Below the pieces are notes generated by a model, which saw only the letters and a list, made by a program, of their open reading frames with translations, made no database searches and was not told the origin of the DNA. Source: an uncultured delta proteobacterium (GTDB lineage: Bacteria > Myxococcota_A > Polyangia > Polyangiales > Polyangiaceae). From it: a stretch of DNA of 64,000 nt. The stretch is taken from positions 1-64,000 of the forward strand of contig CAVQUB010000002.1 in the NCBI GenBank assembly GCA_963716725.1, written 5' to 3'. Made by a program: the position numbers and the translations under genes. Shown here in pieces: positions 21,866 to 31,747 of the stretch (the first letter of the stretch is position 1; each line of letters starts with the position of its first letter).

Positions 21866-22564
21866 TCACATCCGGGGAGCTGCTGTCGGGGAGTCGCTTC
21901 GGGCCAGCGCCTTGGGCTCGAGGTAGTCGCGGATCCGCCGCGGTGTGTCGAGAATCACCCGCTGGATCTTGTCCTCGAAGAGCGCGCGAACCAGGCCGGG
22001 GCCGACATCGAGGGCCACCGCCATGGTGACCAGGGTCTGGCCCTTGCCCAGGGGCTTTACCCGGACGTAGCCCCAGAGATCGCGGATGCCGTGGGGTCGG
22101 CTCGGATCGAGCCGGAAGCGGACCTCGGTCGCCGTCGCGCGCTTGAGCACCACGGTGTACGTGGTCTCCACCAGCGAAGTGCCCGAGGTCAGCTCGACAC
22201 GCGCGCCTCGGCGCGTGACGTCGACGAGCCGCGCGGCTTTGGTGCGCGGCAGCATGAGCGGCAACTCCGCGGCGTTGCCCAGCGCGGCCAACACCTCCGC
22301 CGGCGACGCCCGGACGACCTGGTAGGCGAGACCGCCCACGTAACGCCCTTGGCCCGTCGTGAGCACCATTGGCCGCGCGACGGTGTCGCCAGCCACGAGG
22401 CGGGTCTGCTCCGCAAAGCTCAAACTCTCCGAGCGCACGCTGCGCGGCGCAATGCTGGTCGCGCGCGCGGGCGCGGGGCGCAAGGGCCGGGCGGTGGCAA
22501 CCCCGGCTGACGAGACGACCAGCCCCGTCAGCGCCAATGAGATGCAGAAGCCCCGCCTGACCAT
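21866..22564 (-). CDS. Secreted SRPBCC/START-fold protein
   Basis: Signal peptide; VRASPAEV..L..MLP pattern and strand-rich core. Confidence 0.55.
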   Translation of the reverse strand: MVRRGFCISLALTGLVVSSAGVATARPLRPAPARATSIAPRSVRSESLSFAEQTRLVAGDTVARPMVLTTGQGRYVGGLAYQVVRASPAEVLAALGNAAELPLMLPRTKAARLVDVTRRGARVELTSGTSLVETTYTVVLKRATATEVRFRLDPSRPHGIRDLWGYVRVKPLGKGQTLVTMAVALDVGPGLVRALFEDKIQRVILDTPRRIRDYLEPKALARSDSPTAAPRM

Positions 22565-22592
22565 GCGCCGAGCAGCATAAGTCAGAACGCGA

Positions 22593-24728
22593 TCAGGGAT
22601 CGACTATGAAGGCATCCAAGAACCACTGGCCAAAATAGCCAGCGTAGCCGTCGACTTGCACCCAGTAGCTGCCCGCTTCGAGGGTGAGGTCGAGGAAGCT
22701 TCGATCCGTGAAGTAGCCCGCGGCGCAGGCCTTGGCGACCTCGGGACCGGGGCACCCGGTGGCGCGGCGCACGACCAGAAGAGTGCTGTAGGCGCTGCCC
22801 TTCATGTCCAGGATCACGCGCTTCTTGGTCAGCAGCTCCAGCTTCAACATCTGTTCGGGCGCACCGCCGGGCCCCTGGCTGCCGAGATCGCAGCCGCCGT
22901 CGTAGTTGGCGTTGGCGTTGGCGGTGTTGCCCTGAAAGAAGGCGCCCGCGGAGGGGATCTTCACCGCGGTAGCGCAGGTGTCGGCGAAGGGCACCAAGAT
23001 CGGTGGCGTCGCCGGGCGTGTGAACGCGCTCAGGTTCGTCGGCGCCGCGTTGGTGGTCTCCATCACCACGCGATAGCTGCCGGGCTGGACCTTGTGCGCG
23101 CGCGCGCGGACCGGAGTCTGCGTGGACACGCCGCAGGCGATCAAATCGGAGGGCGCGGCGCAAGCTGCCTGCACCAAGGAGACGCCGCCTTGATCGTTGT
23201 CCGAGATGCGACCGACCAGCAGCACGTCGCTCGGCGCGCCCAAGTTCAGGGTGTAGGCCGCGTCCACTGCTCCGGCGACGCAACCCGAGTTCACGTCGTC
23301 GGTGTGCCCCGTGAGCGGCACGTCGATGCTCGTGTTGGCGGTCAGCACCGCGCCGGAAGCGCAGGTCTCGTCGGCAGGCTCCGCCGTCGGCGGGTGGAGT
23401 TCCACCAGCAGATCGATGTCAGTGGGCGCGGTCGCCGAGAGCGCCACCACGTATTTGCCGGCTGCCAGCCCGCGCTCGAAGAGGTGGCCCGCGGTCGCGA
23501 CATTGCAGCCGAGCTCCTGCTTGGCGTCCGTGCAGTCGGGCTTCCAGAGCGAGAGCGCGGGTTTGCCGGCGCCGTCGGTGGACGTCGCCCAGACGTGGAC
23601 GTCCTTGGGCTCGCTCAGAGTGACTTCGTAGGTGAGCTCGCCCAAGGGCGCGGCGCAGTCGCTCGTGAGGTCTTCCTGGGCGTCGATCACGCCGACTTGC
23701 AGCGCGACGCCCGGCACGATCGGGGCCGCAGTGCCGCAGGTCTCGTTGGCCGGCGCGGCGCTGGCCGGCAGATACGCCACCAGGAGCGAGACGTCGGTGG
23801 CGCCGGCGCCCATCACGTAGACCGGGTACGCGCCCGGGGCCAGGCTTCGCAGCCGGATGCGCGCGCGCAGGCCGCCCTTGGGCATTTCGTAGCCCTTGGC
23901 GCACGCGGTCTCGCTGCCCGCCACGCCGCACTGAGTGAGGCCCGCGAGGGCGATCTCGCCACCGTTCACGCTCGCCGAAATGTCGACGTCCTGTGGGGGT
24001 CCCGGTGGAACTACGATGGCGACGACGACGTCTTTGGAGGTACCGCCGGCGGGCGCGCAACTCGCGCCGTAGTCGCTCGCGGCTGCGGCAAGCGACACCA
24101 CGTACTTCCCGGACTTGTCGATCTCGAGGGCGTCGGCGCACTTGTCGTACTTCGGGGCGCTGCACTCGGGCTCATCGCTGAGTTTGTCGCAGTCGTCGTC
24201 CACGCCGTTGCCGCAGATCTCGACCTGCTTGCTGGAGATGGCGGGGTTCACGTCGTTGCAGTCGCCGCCACCGCAACTCCAGTCCGGATCGCCATCGCCG
24301 TCGGCGTCGCGCTTCTCGTTGGTGCACGACTTGGTGGACTCGATGCAAGTGTCGATGGTGCAGGTGGAGCCGTCGTCACATGCGACGGCCGTGCCTTCGC
24401 GACAGCCCAGCTTGGGCTCGCATACCTCGAGCCCGTCACAGAAGACTCCGTCTTGGCACTTCGAGTCGTCAGCGGTGTATCTACAGCGGCCAATGCTCTG
24501 ATCACAGGCGTCGAAGGTGCAGTCGATGCCGTCGTTGCATTGAGGGTCGTCCTTGCAAGGCGGCCCCAGTGAGGGATCGCCAGAGTCGGCGTCGGCGCCC
24601 GCGTCGGCGTCGGCGCCCGCGTCCGCCCCCGCGTCGGACACGAAGGGGCTCGGCACGTCGGAGCCGCACGCTCCGGCGGCGAGCGCCGCGACCACCGCGG
24701 CCCAGACCAAGGGCTGCCTCGCTACCAT
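22593..24728 (-). CDS. Cys-rich lipoprotein with Ca-binding-like repeat and about 4 beta-sandwich (PPC-like) domains
   Basis: Lipobox AGAC; CNDG.DCT.D.C repeats; DADGDG..GDCND..EICGNGVDDDCD; repeated ETC..A units. Confidence 0.75.
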   Translation of the reverse strand: MVARQPLVWAAVVAALAAGACGSDVPSPFVSDAGADAGADADAGADADSGDPSLGPPCKDDPQCNDGIDCTFDACDQSIGRCRYTADDSKCQDGVFCDGLEVCEPKLGCREGTAVACDDGSTCTIDTCIESTKSCTNEKRDADGDGDPDWSCGGGDCNDVNPAISSKQVEICGNGVDDDCDKLSDEPECSAPKYDKCADALEIDKSGKYVVSLAAAASDYGASCAPAGGTSKDVVVAIVVPPGPPQDVDISASVNGGEIALAGLTQCGVAGSETACAKGYEMPKGGLRARIRLRSLAPGAYPVYVMGAGATDVSLLVAYLPASAAPANETCGTAAPIVPGVALQVGVIDAQEDLTSDCAAPLGELTYEVTLSEPKDVHVWATSTDGAGKPALSLWKPDCTDAKQELGCNVATAGHLFERGLAAGKYVVALSATAPTDIDLLVELHPPTAEPADETCASGAVLTANTSIDVPLTGHTDDVNSGCVAGAVDAAYTLNLGAPSDVLLVGRISDNDQGGVSLVQAACAAPSDLIACGVSTQTPVRARAHKVQPGSYRVVMETTNAAPTNLSAFTRPATPPILVPFADTCATAVKIPSAGAFFQGNTANANANYDGGCDLGSQGPGGAPEQMLKLELLTKKRVILDMKGSAYSTLLVVRRATGCPGPEVAKACAAGYFTDRSFLDLTLEAGSYWVQVDGYAGYFGQWFLDAFIVDP

Positions 24729-24832
24729 GGCGGCGCATGTTAGCGCGTCTCTGCCCTCGCGACGCGCCCCGGCCGAACGGCCGATCCGGCCGTGGTCAGG
24801 CGCGCCGGAGCGTGCCATGATGCGGGTTCGCC

Positions 24833-26214
24833 GTGTCTCAAGAACGCCTCACTCGTCAGGAGCTCGGTTGGTTGCTGGCACAAGAAGCGCGGGGCGCCGC
24901 CCGGGCGCTGCGCGAGGGTGTGCAGCAGCTGACCCAACCTCCGCCGCCCGCCGCGAGCGTGCAAATCCACGAAGCACCGGCCGTCGAGACCAACCTCGAC
25001 GCGCTCGACGACGCCATCGCGCGCCTCGGCGAGTTGCAGATGGGGGCGCGCGTTGCGGCTCGCCGCGGGCGTATCGACCTCGGGGCGCTGGTCTGCGAGG
25101 TGATGCCCAATGCGCGCGTCGCCATGGACACCGGCTCGGGCACGGAGGTGTTCGGCGAGGAGCAAGAGCTCCGGCGCATGCTCCTCCTGCTGGTCAGCCA
25201 GACCAATTCGAGCCCAATCGACAACGAGTCCGCGCGCTCCGACGTCGAGATCAAACGCGACGGAGACTGGGTGAAGATCAGCGTCGAGCTGGGGCCCGAC
25301 AGCTCTGCGACGGCCGAGCTCGAGCGCAGGTGGCTGAGTCGGATGGCCACGCGGCACGGTGGCCGGCTCGAGCTCGAAGGCGGTACCCAGACGCTGTTGC
25401 TGCCGGCGGACCGCGCGAGCGACGAAATGGCGGAGCTGCGCAAGGAGCTCGAGCAAGCTCAGCAGCTCGGCGAGGCCTACGCTCGCGAGCTCGCGGTCGC
25501 CTTCGCCGAGACCTCGCAGCTTCCCAGTGAGCCGCGAGCCGCGTCCGTCCCGCCCCCCCGGGCAGCGACCGCCTGGAGCTGCTCGTCAGCACGTCCAGCG
25601 CACTCACTCGCATGATGCGATCGTGGCTCGACCAGACCCGATCCGACATCGCCGAGGCCGCCCGCACTCTCGGGCACGACTCCGAGCTGGGCGAGCGGCT
25701 GACCCGTCGGATCTCGTCGGTGCAGGAGATGTTCGCCGAGCTCGAGCGCATCGCGACCTGCGCCACGGAAGACGCGCCCGCCGCCATCGACTTGGCAGCG
25801 GAGCTCCGCGGTCTGCTGGCCCAGGCAGAAGCGCGCGGGGCACGCCACGACGTGCGGCTCGACGCCGAGATCCCGGCGACGCTGGAGACCACCGCACACC
25901 AGCCCACCTTCGCGCTGGTCGCTCGCGGCCTGATCGACCACGCCATCGCTGCGACGCCGCGCGGCGGACAGGTGAAGCTGCGACTCACCGCACGGGGCCC
26001 GGGCTTCTCGCTCACGGTCGAGGACGGTGGGCCCGCGATCCCGATCGCGGCGCGCCAGGACATCCTGCGCCGGCGCACCGATCCGACCGCGTTCGGACGC
26101 CCGGAGGGGCTCGCGCTCCTGGTCGCCGAGGTCGCCGCCGAGGTGCTGGGCGCCAGTCTCTCCCTGGGAGAAACGCCGTCCGGCCGCTTCGAGGTCGAGC
26201 TCGCGAGCCGCTGA
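24833..26214 (+). CDS. Degenerate histidine-kinase-like protein with tandem HATPase-like domains; frameshift in C-run near 25555
   Basis: ORFs 24833 and 25612 join across cccccccg; LLAQEARG pseudo H-box; LIDHAI, VEDGGPAI and EGLAL degenerate N/G1/G2 boxes. Confidence 0.6.
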
Positions 26215-26277
26215 CCCGCAAAAACACGGCGATACGCTTTCCAAAGGGCGGGGCCGTTGGGCTATGCTCCGCGGAGC

Positions 26278-26652
26278 ATGCGCATATTGGTCGTCGAAGA
26301 TCAGGACTCGATTCGCCGGATGATCGAGGCCTTGATCCAGGCCCGGGGCTACGAGGTGGTTGCGGTCGCAAACGGGGCCAAGGCCATCGACGTCGTCATG
26401 ACGCAGAGCTTCGACCTGGTGCTCCTGGATCTGATGCTGCCGGGCCAGTACGACGGCTTCGAGGTCTGTCAGCGACTGAAGAGCGATCCGGCCACGCGGG
26501 AGATCCCGGTGGTCATCATCAGCGCGCTCGACGATCCTGATTCCCGCAAGAAAGCCGCCGAGGCCGGCGCCGCCGCGTACTACACCAAACCCTTCAGCCC
26601 GATCGCGCTGCTCAAAGAAATCGAGCGGCTCAAGTCTCAGGCCGGCGCCTGA
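26278..26652 (+). CDS. Single-domain response regulator (CheY-like)
   Basis: ILVVED, LLDLMLP, IISA, KPF. Confidence 0.92.
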   Translation: MRILVVEDQDSIRRMIEALIQARGYEVVAVANGAKAIDVVMTQSFDLVLLDLMLPGQYDGFEVCQRLKSDPATREIPVVIISALDDPDSRKKAAEAGAAAYYTKPFSPIALLKEIERLKSQAGA

Positions 26653-26654
26653 GG

Positions 26655-27038
26655 TCAGATCAGGTTGAGGAAACCCTTCGCGCGCTGCGAAGCGGCATCG
26701 ATGATGCCCCGGGCCTCTTGGGTGGGGATCCGGAGCTTCTCGCACAGCTGCTCGAGCAACTCCTTCTCTTTCTCGTGCTGTTCGCCGTCGATGAAGGTGA
26801 GCAGCACCGCGTGCTGCAGGAGCACCCGGCGATCGTCGTGACTCAGATCCGTGAGCGGGATGTCGTCGACGCTGCGCTGCGTCTTGGCGTAGTTCCGCAA
26901 TTCGAGCGCCTCGCTGGGGCTTGCTTCGAACGCGTCGAGCAACGCCTCGATGACCTCGATCTCTTCGTCGGCGACTCGGCCATCGGCCCACGCCACGCTC
27001 ACCAGGCCCTTGAGAATGGCCATGTTCTGATCGTGCAT
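26655..27038 (-). CDS. TerB-family protein
   Basis: VAWADG.V..EE and IDGE.H..E duplicated metal-binding motifs. Confidence 0.8.
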   Translation of the reverse strand: MHDQNMAILKGLVSVAWADGRVADEEIEVIEALLDAFEASPSEALELRNYAKTQRSVDDIPLTDLSHDDRRVLLQHAVLLTFIDGEQHEKEKELLEQLCEKLRIPTQEARGIIDAASQRAKGFLNLI

Positions 27039-27096
27039 GCGGCGGAGGATGGCACGGTGGCCCGGCCGCCCGCAACGCCCAACTCGCCGAGCTCTT

Positions 27097-29367
27097 TCAG
27101 CGCAACGCGACCGTGTATCGGACCAGTCCCGGCGCCTCGGCGCTGGGGGAGAGTGCTTCTGCCGCCACCGGGATCCGCACCCAGCGGGAGCGACCGGGCA
27201 GCTCGACGGTCACTTCGGCGCTCTGCCCGCACTCCAGCCCCTCGAACACCGCGTCACTACCTACGACTCGGCTCGGCACCAGCACGCTGCCGTCGGCGCC
27301 CGCGCGCACCCGGGTTCGGCTCTTGGCCGGCACCTGCCTCACGGTGAGCTCCGCGCTGCAGGGCCCACGGACCGGCTCTGCGCTCGACTCGTCAGCGGGT
27401 TGGCTGGCAGCGAAGCTGGGATCGCTCGGCTGCCGAGTGGGAATGCTGCCAAGGCCGATGCCCGCGATGATCAAGGCCAGCGACGCCGCTCCGGCCACCA
27501 CCCGCGCGCCGGATCCTCCGCCGTCGCGAGCTGGCTGAGCATCCGCCCTCCCCCGCTCCGAGACAGCCACCGGCGGCGGAGTCTCGCTCATTTCCACCAG
27601 GGGTGGCGGCGCCGTCTCGTCGATCCCCGCCAACGCCTTCAGATCCGAGCACAACTCGCGCTCGCTCTTGACGGTGGCGACGCCGAAGCCCGAGAGCAAC
27701 GCGGACACGTCGCTGCGACGGGGCGCGTAGCGCGGCGGCGCGTAGTCGATTCGCGCAGGACGCTCCGGACGCATTGCGAGCCGTTCGAGCGCTTCCCGCG
27801 GCGTGATCGGTTCCGGCTCCGGCTCCGGTTCCGGCTCCGGCTCCGGCTCCGGCTCCGGTTCCGGTTCCGGCTCCGGCTCCGGCTCCGGCTCCTGCGTCGC
27901 GGCCAGCTCCTGCGTCGCGGCCAGTGGCGCGGCCAGCTCCTGCGTCGCGGCCAGTGGCGCGGCCAGCTCCTGCGTCGCGGCCAGTGGCGCGGCCAGCTCC
28001 TGCGTCGCGACCTGCGTCGCGGCCAGCTCCTGCGTCGCGGCCAGCTCCTGCGTCGCGACCAGCTCCTGCGTCGCGACCGGTGGCGCGGCGGCGGCCGGTG
28101 GCGGCTCGTTGGTCTCGAGCCCCTCCGAGGTGGCGCACAACTCGGCAAACGCGGCCGACACCTCGGCCAGCGCGCCTTCGAGGTCGTCCTCGATCACGCT
28201 GGGCATGCGCTCGGTGGCGTCGTCGCCAGCGAACGCGAGCACAGCGGGGGTGAGTTCGGAGATCTCGACCGGCGCCGACAGCTCGACCGGCGCCGACAGC
28301 TCGACCGGCGCCGACAGCTCGACCGGCGCCGACAGCTCGACCGGCGCCGACAGCTCGACCGGCGCCGACAGCTCGACCGGCGCCGACAGCTCGACCGGCG
28401 CCGACAGCTCGAGCACCATCAGGCTGGATCCCAACACCGGCGTCCGCGGCGGAGCGCTGGGCTCCCAGTCGTCGGCCACGCGCGGCACAGGCGGGGCAAC
28501 CAAGGGCGCAGGCACCGTGACCGGCTCGGGCACCGCCCACCGAAGCTCGGGCACCCCCGCACCGGGGGGGACCTCGAAATCCGGAACCACGGGAACCACT
28601 TGAAGCGCGGGGAGCGGCGTCTCGGCGCGCAGCTCTTCGACGAAGACCGGGATCGCCGTGAGAAGCTCGTCGTCATCGACGACCGCGTGCTCGCCCGGCC
28701 ATTCGACGTCGGCGAGGGCGACACAATCCGGGGTGTGCCAGCTGTCGTCTCGCTCCGGCGCCGCAGGCGGCGCGCACTGTCGCGAGAGCATCGCCGACAC
28801 CTCGACCTCCGCGAACGGGCGCTGCGGCTCCGGTGCCGACGCGGGCACGGGGCTGGGTTCCAGCGCCTCGATCGTCTGCTGTGCGGGCGCGCTTTGCACC
28901 GCCGAGCTCGGCGCGGCGGCGGGCAACGGTGGCTGCCAGTCGGCCATGCGTCCAGCTTGTCGCGCGCGATCGACGTCTCGGTATACACGTGCGAGGGCCC
29001 TCCGCGCGGCGGCGCGATTGACCGGAACCAACGCGACCTCGATCTCTCGAATCAGCGCGTCGAGTCCGCCGCCGCTCGCCTTGTGCGCCGCTCGCAACAG
29101 CCCCGGGGTCACGCTGCTCGACTCGAGCAGCATAGCCCCCAGCATCTCCCGGAGCGCGCGCTCTGCCTGCACCTGGTCGACCGGCTGCCCACCGCCGATG
29201 CGAACCTGACCCTCTTCGCTCAGCGCCACGTCCGCAAAACCCAGGCCGCGCGGCGCACCTGCGATTTGGTCGGCGGTGGCCAACACCAGGTAGCCGGCCA
29301 CTTCGGCGGCCAGTGACGCGCTGCGCGCGCGCGCAGCGCTCATGATTTCGTGCAGCTTGACGCTCAT
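27097..29367 (-). CDS. Membrane protein with pseudokinase-like N-terminus, tandem-repeat acidic linker, TM and periplasmic domain
   Basis: ATG at 29367 overlaps the hisF stop; ELSAPV, ATQELA and EP repeats; single TM near the C-terminus. Confidence 0.65.
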   Translation of the reverse strand: MSVKLHEIMSAARARSASLAAEVAGYLVLATADQIAGAPRGLGFADVALSEEGQVRIGGGQPVDQVQAERALREMLGAMLLESSSVTPGLLRAAHKASGGGLDALIREIEVALVPVNRAAARRALARVYRDVDRARQAGRMADWQPPLPAAAPSSAVQSAPAQQTIEALEPSPVPASAPEPQRPFAEVEVSAMLSRQCAPPAAPERDDSWHTPDCVALADVEWPGEHAVVDDDELLTAIPVFVEELRAETPLPALQVVPVVPDFEVPPGAGVPELRWAVPEPVTVPAPLVAPPVPRVADDWEPSAPPRTPVLGSSLMVLELSAPVELSAPVELSAPVELSAPVELSAPVELSAPVELSAPVELSAPVEISELTPAVLAFAGDDATERMPSVIEDDLEGALAEVSAAFAELCATSEGLETNEPPPAAAAPPVATQELVATQELAATQELAATQVATQELAAPLAATQELAAPLAATQELAAPLAATQELAATQEPEPEPEPEPEPEPEPEPEPEPEPEPEPITPREALERLAMRPERPARIDYAPPRYAPRRSDVSALLSGFGVATVKSERELCSDLKALAGIDETAPPPLVEMSETPPPVAVSERGRADAQPARDGGGSGARVVAGAASLALIIAGIGLGSIPTRQPSDPSFAASQPADESSAEPVRGPCSAELTVRQVPAKSRTRVRAGADGSVLVPSRVVGSDAVFEGLECGQSAEVTVELPGRSRWVRIPVAAEALSPSAEAPGLVRYTVALR
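27809..28078. repeat. 14 x 6-bp (EP) repeat followed by 18/30-bp ATQELA(APLA) repeats
   Basis: Directly visible in the sequence. Confidence 0.9.
28264..28412. repeat. 8 x 18-bp tandem repeat (ctcgaccggcgccgacag) encoding ELSAPV
   Basis: Directly visible in the sequence. Confidence 0.95.
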
Positions 29368-30131
29368 GCAACACCTCCGCGCACCAGCACGCCGTGGGCA
29401 CGAAGAAACGTCTTCGCCTCCTCGATCGTGTGGATGCCATCGTGAAAGATCGAAGCAGCCAGGGCCGCGTCGGCCCCGCCCTCTGAAAGCCCCTCGCGCA
29501 TGTGCTCGAGAGTCCCGACTCCGCCGGACGCGATCACGGGAACACTCACCGCGTCGACCACGGATCGGAGCAACTCGACGTCGTATCCGACCCGGGTGCC
29601 ATCGCGATCCATGCTGGTCAGCAGGATCTCGCCAGCGCCCAAGGCGACACAGCGGCGTGCCCACTCGACTGCGTCGAGGCCGGTCGAACGTCGCCCACCG
29701 TGAGTGAAGACCTCGAACCCGCCGGCCGCCCCGCGCTTGGCGTCGATGGCGACGACCAGGGCTTGGGCGCCCCAGGCCTGGGCGATCTCGGCGATCAGCT
29801 CCGGCCGCTCCACCGCGCGAGTGTTCACGCTGATCTTGTCGGCGCCCGCATGCAGAAGATCGCGCACGTCGTCCCGGGAGCTCACCCCCCCGCCCACGGT
29901 GAGCGGCGTGAAGACGACCTCCGCGGTGCGCTCGACCGCCGACAGCAACGCGCCTCGCCCCTCGTGGGACGCGGTGATGTCCAAGAACGTGATCTCGTCG
30001 GCGCCGGCGGCGTCGTAGCGACGGGCGCACTCGACGGGATCGCCCGCGTCCCGGATCCCGACGAAATTGACCCCCTTGACCACCCGGCCGTCGCGGACGT
30101 CCAGGCAGGGGATGATGCGCTTGGCGAGCAT
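29364..30131 (-). CDS. hisF: Imidazole glycerol phosphate synthase cyclase subunit
   Basis: [55 protein letters not shown]. Confidence 0.96.
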   Translation of the reverse strand: MLAKRIIPCLDVRDGRVVKGVNFVGIRDAGDPVECARRYDAAGADEITFLDITASHEGRGALLSAVERTAEVVFTPLTVGGGVSSRDDVRDLLHAGADKISVNTRAVERPELIAEIAQAWGAQALVVAIDAKRGAAGGFEVFTHGGRRSTGLDAVEWARRCVALGAGEILLTSMDRDGTRVGYDVELLRSVVDAVSVPVIASGGVGTLEHMREGLSEGGADAALAASIFHDGIHTIEEAKTFLRAHGVLVRGGVA

Positions 30132-30241
30132 GGGATCTGATGCCCCATAGCGGACTGGCCGAATTCTGGACAAAGACCTTGCGATCCCGGCCGGGGCCCG
30201 GACCCGGGGCCCGGCCTCGATTCGGCTATAGTGGCCGGGCG

Positions 30242-31747
30242 ATGGCCGCTTGTGCGCGCTGCGGAGCGCTGCCCGACCCGGGCGCGACGAGTTGCCCGTC
30301 CTGCGGAGCAGCCCACCTCACGCTGCCTCTGGGCAGCGAGGGCGAATCCCCCGTTCGAAGCGGCACGCTGGTGCTCGGCAGCGGCGTGTCCATCACCGAT
30401 CCGCTGCCGAAGTCGCAGCGGATCCGCCCCGCCGCCCCGCGTCCTCGGGAGCCCGAAGCTCACCCCCACCAGGCTCGGGTCCCCCGCGACCATCCGCTGG
30501 CCGAGCGCCGGGCCGTCCCCCGGGTCGAGGTCCTCGACGCGCCACCGGCGCCGAAGCCACGCCGGATCTCCACCCGGACAGCCGCCCTCGGGGCCCTGGC
30601 CCTCGCCTGCCTGCTCGCGGCGGGCGCGGCCCTGATGCTCATCTCTCGCGCGCCCTCGCTCCGGGCGGAGACCCGCTTCGACGCGACCGGTGCTCCGATG
30701 CTCCACGTGACGTGCCCGGACTGCGTCGATGGCACCATCCTCGCCCTCGGTGAGCAGACGCTCACACTCACGCGGGGGCCGGGGGCGTTCCGGATGGAGC
30801 CGCCCCTCGTGCTAGGCGTCCGTCCCACGCAAATCGAAATCCGCGCGCCGGGAAAGCGACCCAAGCTCGAAACCGTGAACGTCGTCGTGGACTTCATCGT
30901 GAGCGCCGATCGGCGTGGGCTCACCCATCCCGATCCGAAGCTCGCGGTCGTGTTCGACGCGAAGAGCGACGTCTCCATCATCGTGGACGGACGGGTGCTC
31001 GATCCGGGCGCGAGCGGCGTCCGCCGTTACGACCTGCCGCTACGAAACGATGTCGTTGGGCCGGCGAAGAGCGCAGTCACTCTGTCGAAGCAGATCCCCT
31101 ATCTGGTGAAGCGCGCCGGCGGTGACAGCCTACGGGGCGAGATCCAACTCACCGTCGACGTGGTCCCGCTCTGGGTGGAGGTTCCTGGCGAGAGCATCGT
31201 GATCGAAACCTCGAGCTTCATGCTCGCGGGCAGCACGGAGCGAAACGGGATGGTGACGGTGGAGGGTCGCCCGATCACCGTGGATCCTTCCGGCCGATTC
31301 GCCCAGCTGATGAGTGTGTCCGCGATCGGCGACACATCCATCAAGGTTCGTGCGTCAGCGCCCGGTCGCGCCCCGCGCTCCCAGCCGATCCGCGTCCGGC
31401 GCGTCGCCAGCCTGGCCACGGAAGCCGCCGCCTTCGAGCGATCCGCCCAGCGTTCCTTCGACGCCATCGCCGACGACGTCGATCGCAAGCTCGGCTGGGC
31501 GGTGGTGCTCGAAGGCAAGGTGGCGGGTCTGGAGTCCGACGGCTACCTGACGTTGCTGACTCTGGACGTCACCCAGGGCTGTGCCAAGCCGCCCTGCCTC
31601 GCGCAACTCCGACTCGGCGAGCGCCGCGGTCTGTCCCCCGGTCAATCGCTGATTGCCTACGGATTTCTCGTCGGAAAGCGCCACGACGCGGCCAGCGGGC
31701 GCGACCTGCCGCAAGTCCGAGTAGAGTTCCTGCGAGGCCGAGAGTGA
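30242..31747 (+). CDS. Zinc-ribbon / TM / extracytoplasmic Ig-like and OB-fold-like protein
   Basis: CARCG..CPSCG, Pro-rich linker, TM helix, beta-rich C-terminus; stop overlaps the kinase start. Confidence 0.65.
   Translation: MAACARCGALPDPGATSCPSCGAAHLTLPLGSEGESPVRSGTLVLGSGVSITDPLPKSQRIRPAAPRPREPEAHPHQARVPRDHPLAERRAVPRVEVLDAPPAPKPRRISTRTAALGALALACLLAAGAALMLISRAPSLRAETRFDATGAPMLHVTCPDCVDGTILALGEQTLTLTRGPGAFRMEPPLVLGVRPTQIEIRAPGKRPKLETVNVVVDFIVSADRRGLTHPDPKLAVVFDAKSDVSIIVDGRVLDPGASGVRRYDLPLRNDVVGPAKSAVTLSKQIPYLVKRAGGDSLRGEIQLTVDVVPLWVEVPGESIVIETSSFMLAGSTERNGMVTVEGRPITVDPSGRFAQLMSVSAIGDTSIKVRASAPGRAPRSQPIRVRRVASLATEAAAFERSAQRSFDAIADDVDRKLGWAVVLEGKVAGLESDGYLTLLTLDVTQGCAKPPCLAQLRLGERRGLSPGQSLIAYGFLVGKRHDAASGRDLPQVRVEFLRGRE

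Noticed and set aside
27809..28412. Repeat arrays as possible CRISPR
   Set aside because: Head-to-tail repeats with lengths in multiples of 3, no unique spacers, inside a CDS, and no cas genes
27097..30030. 977-aa ORF as listed in the track
   Set aside because: The 5' part is an alternative frame of hisF; the real start is likely ATG 29367
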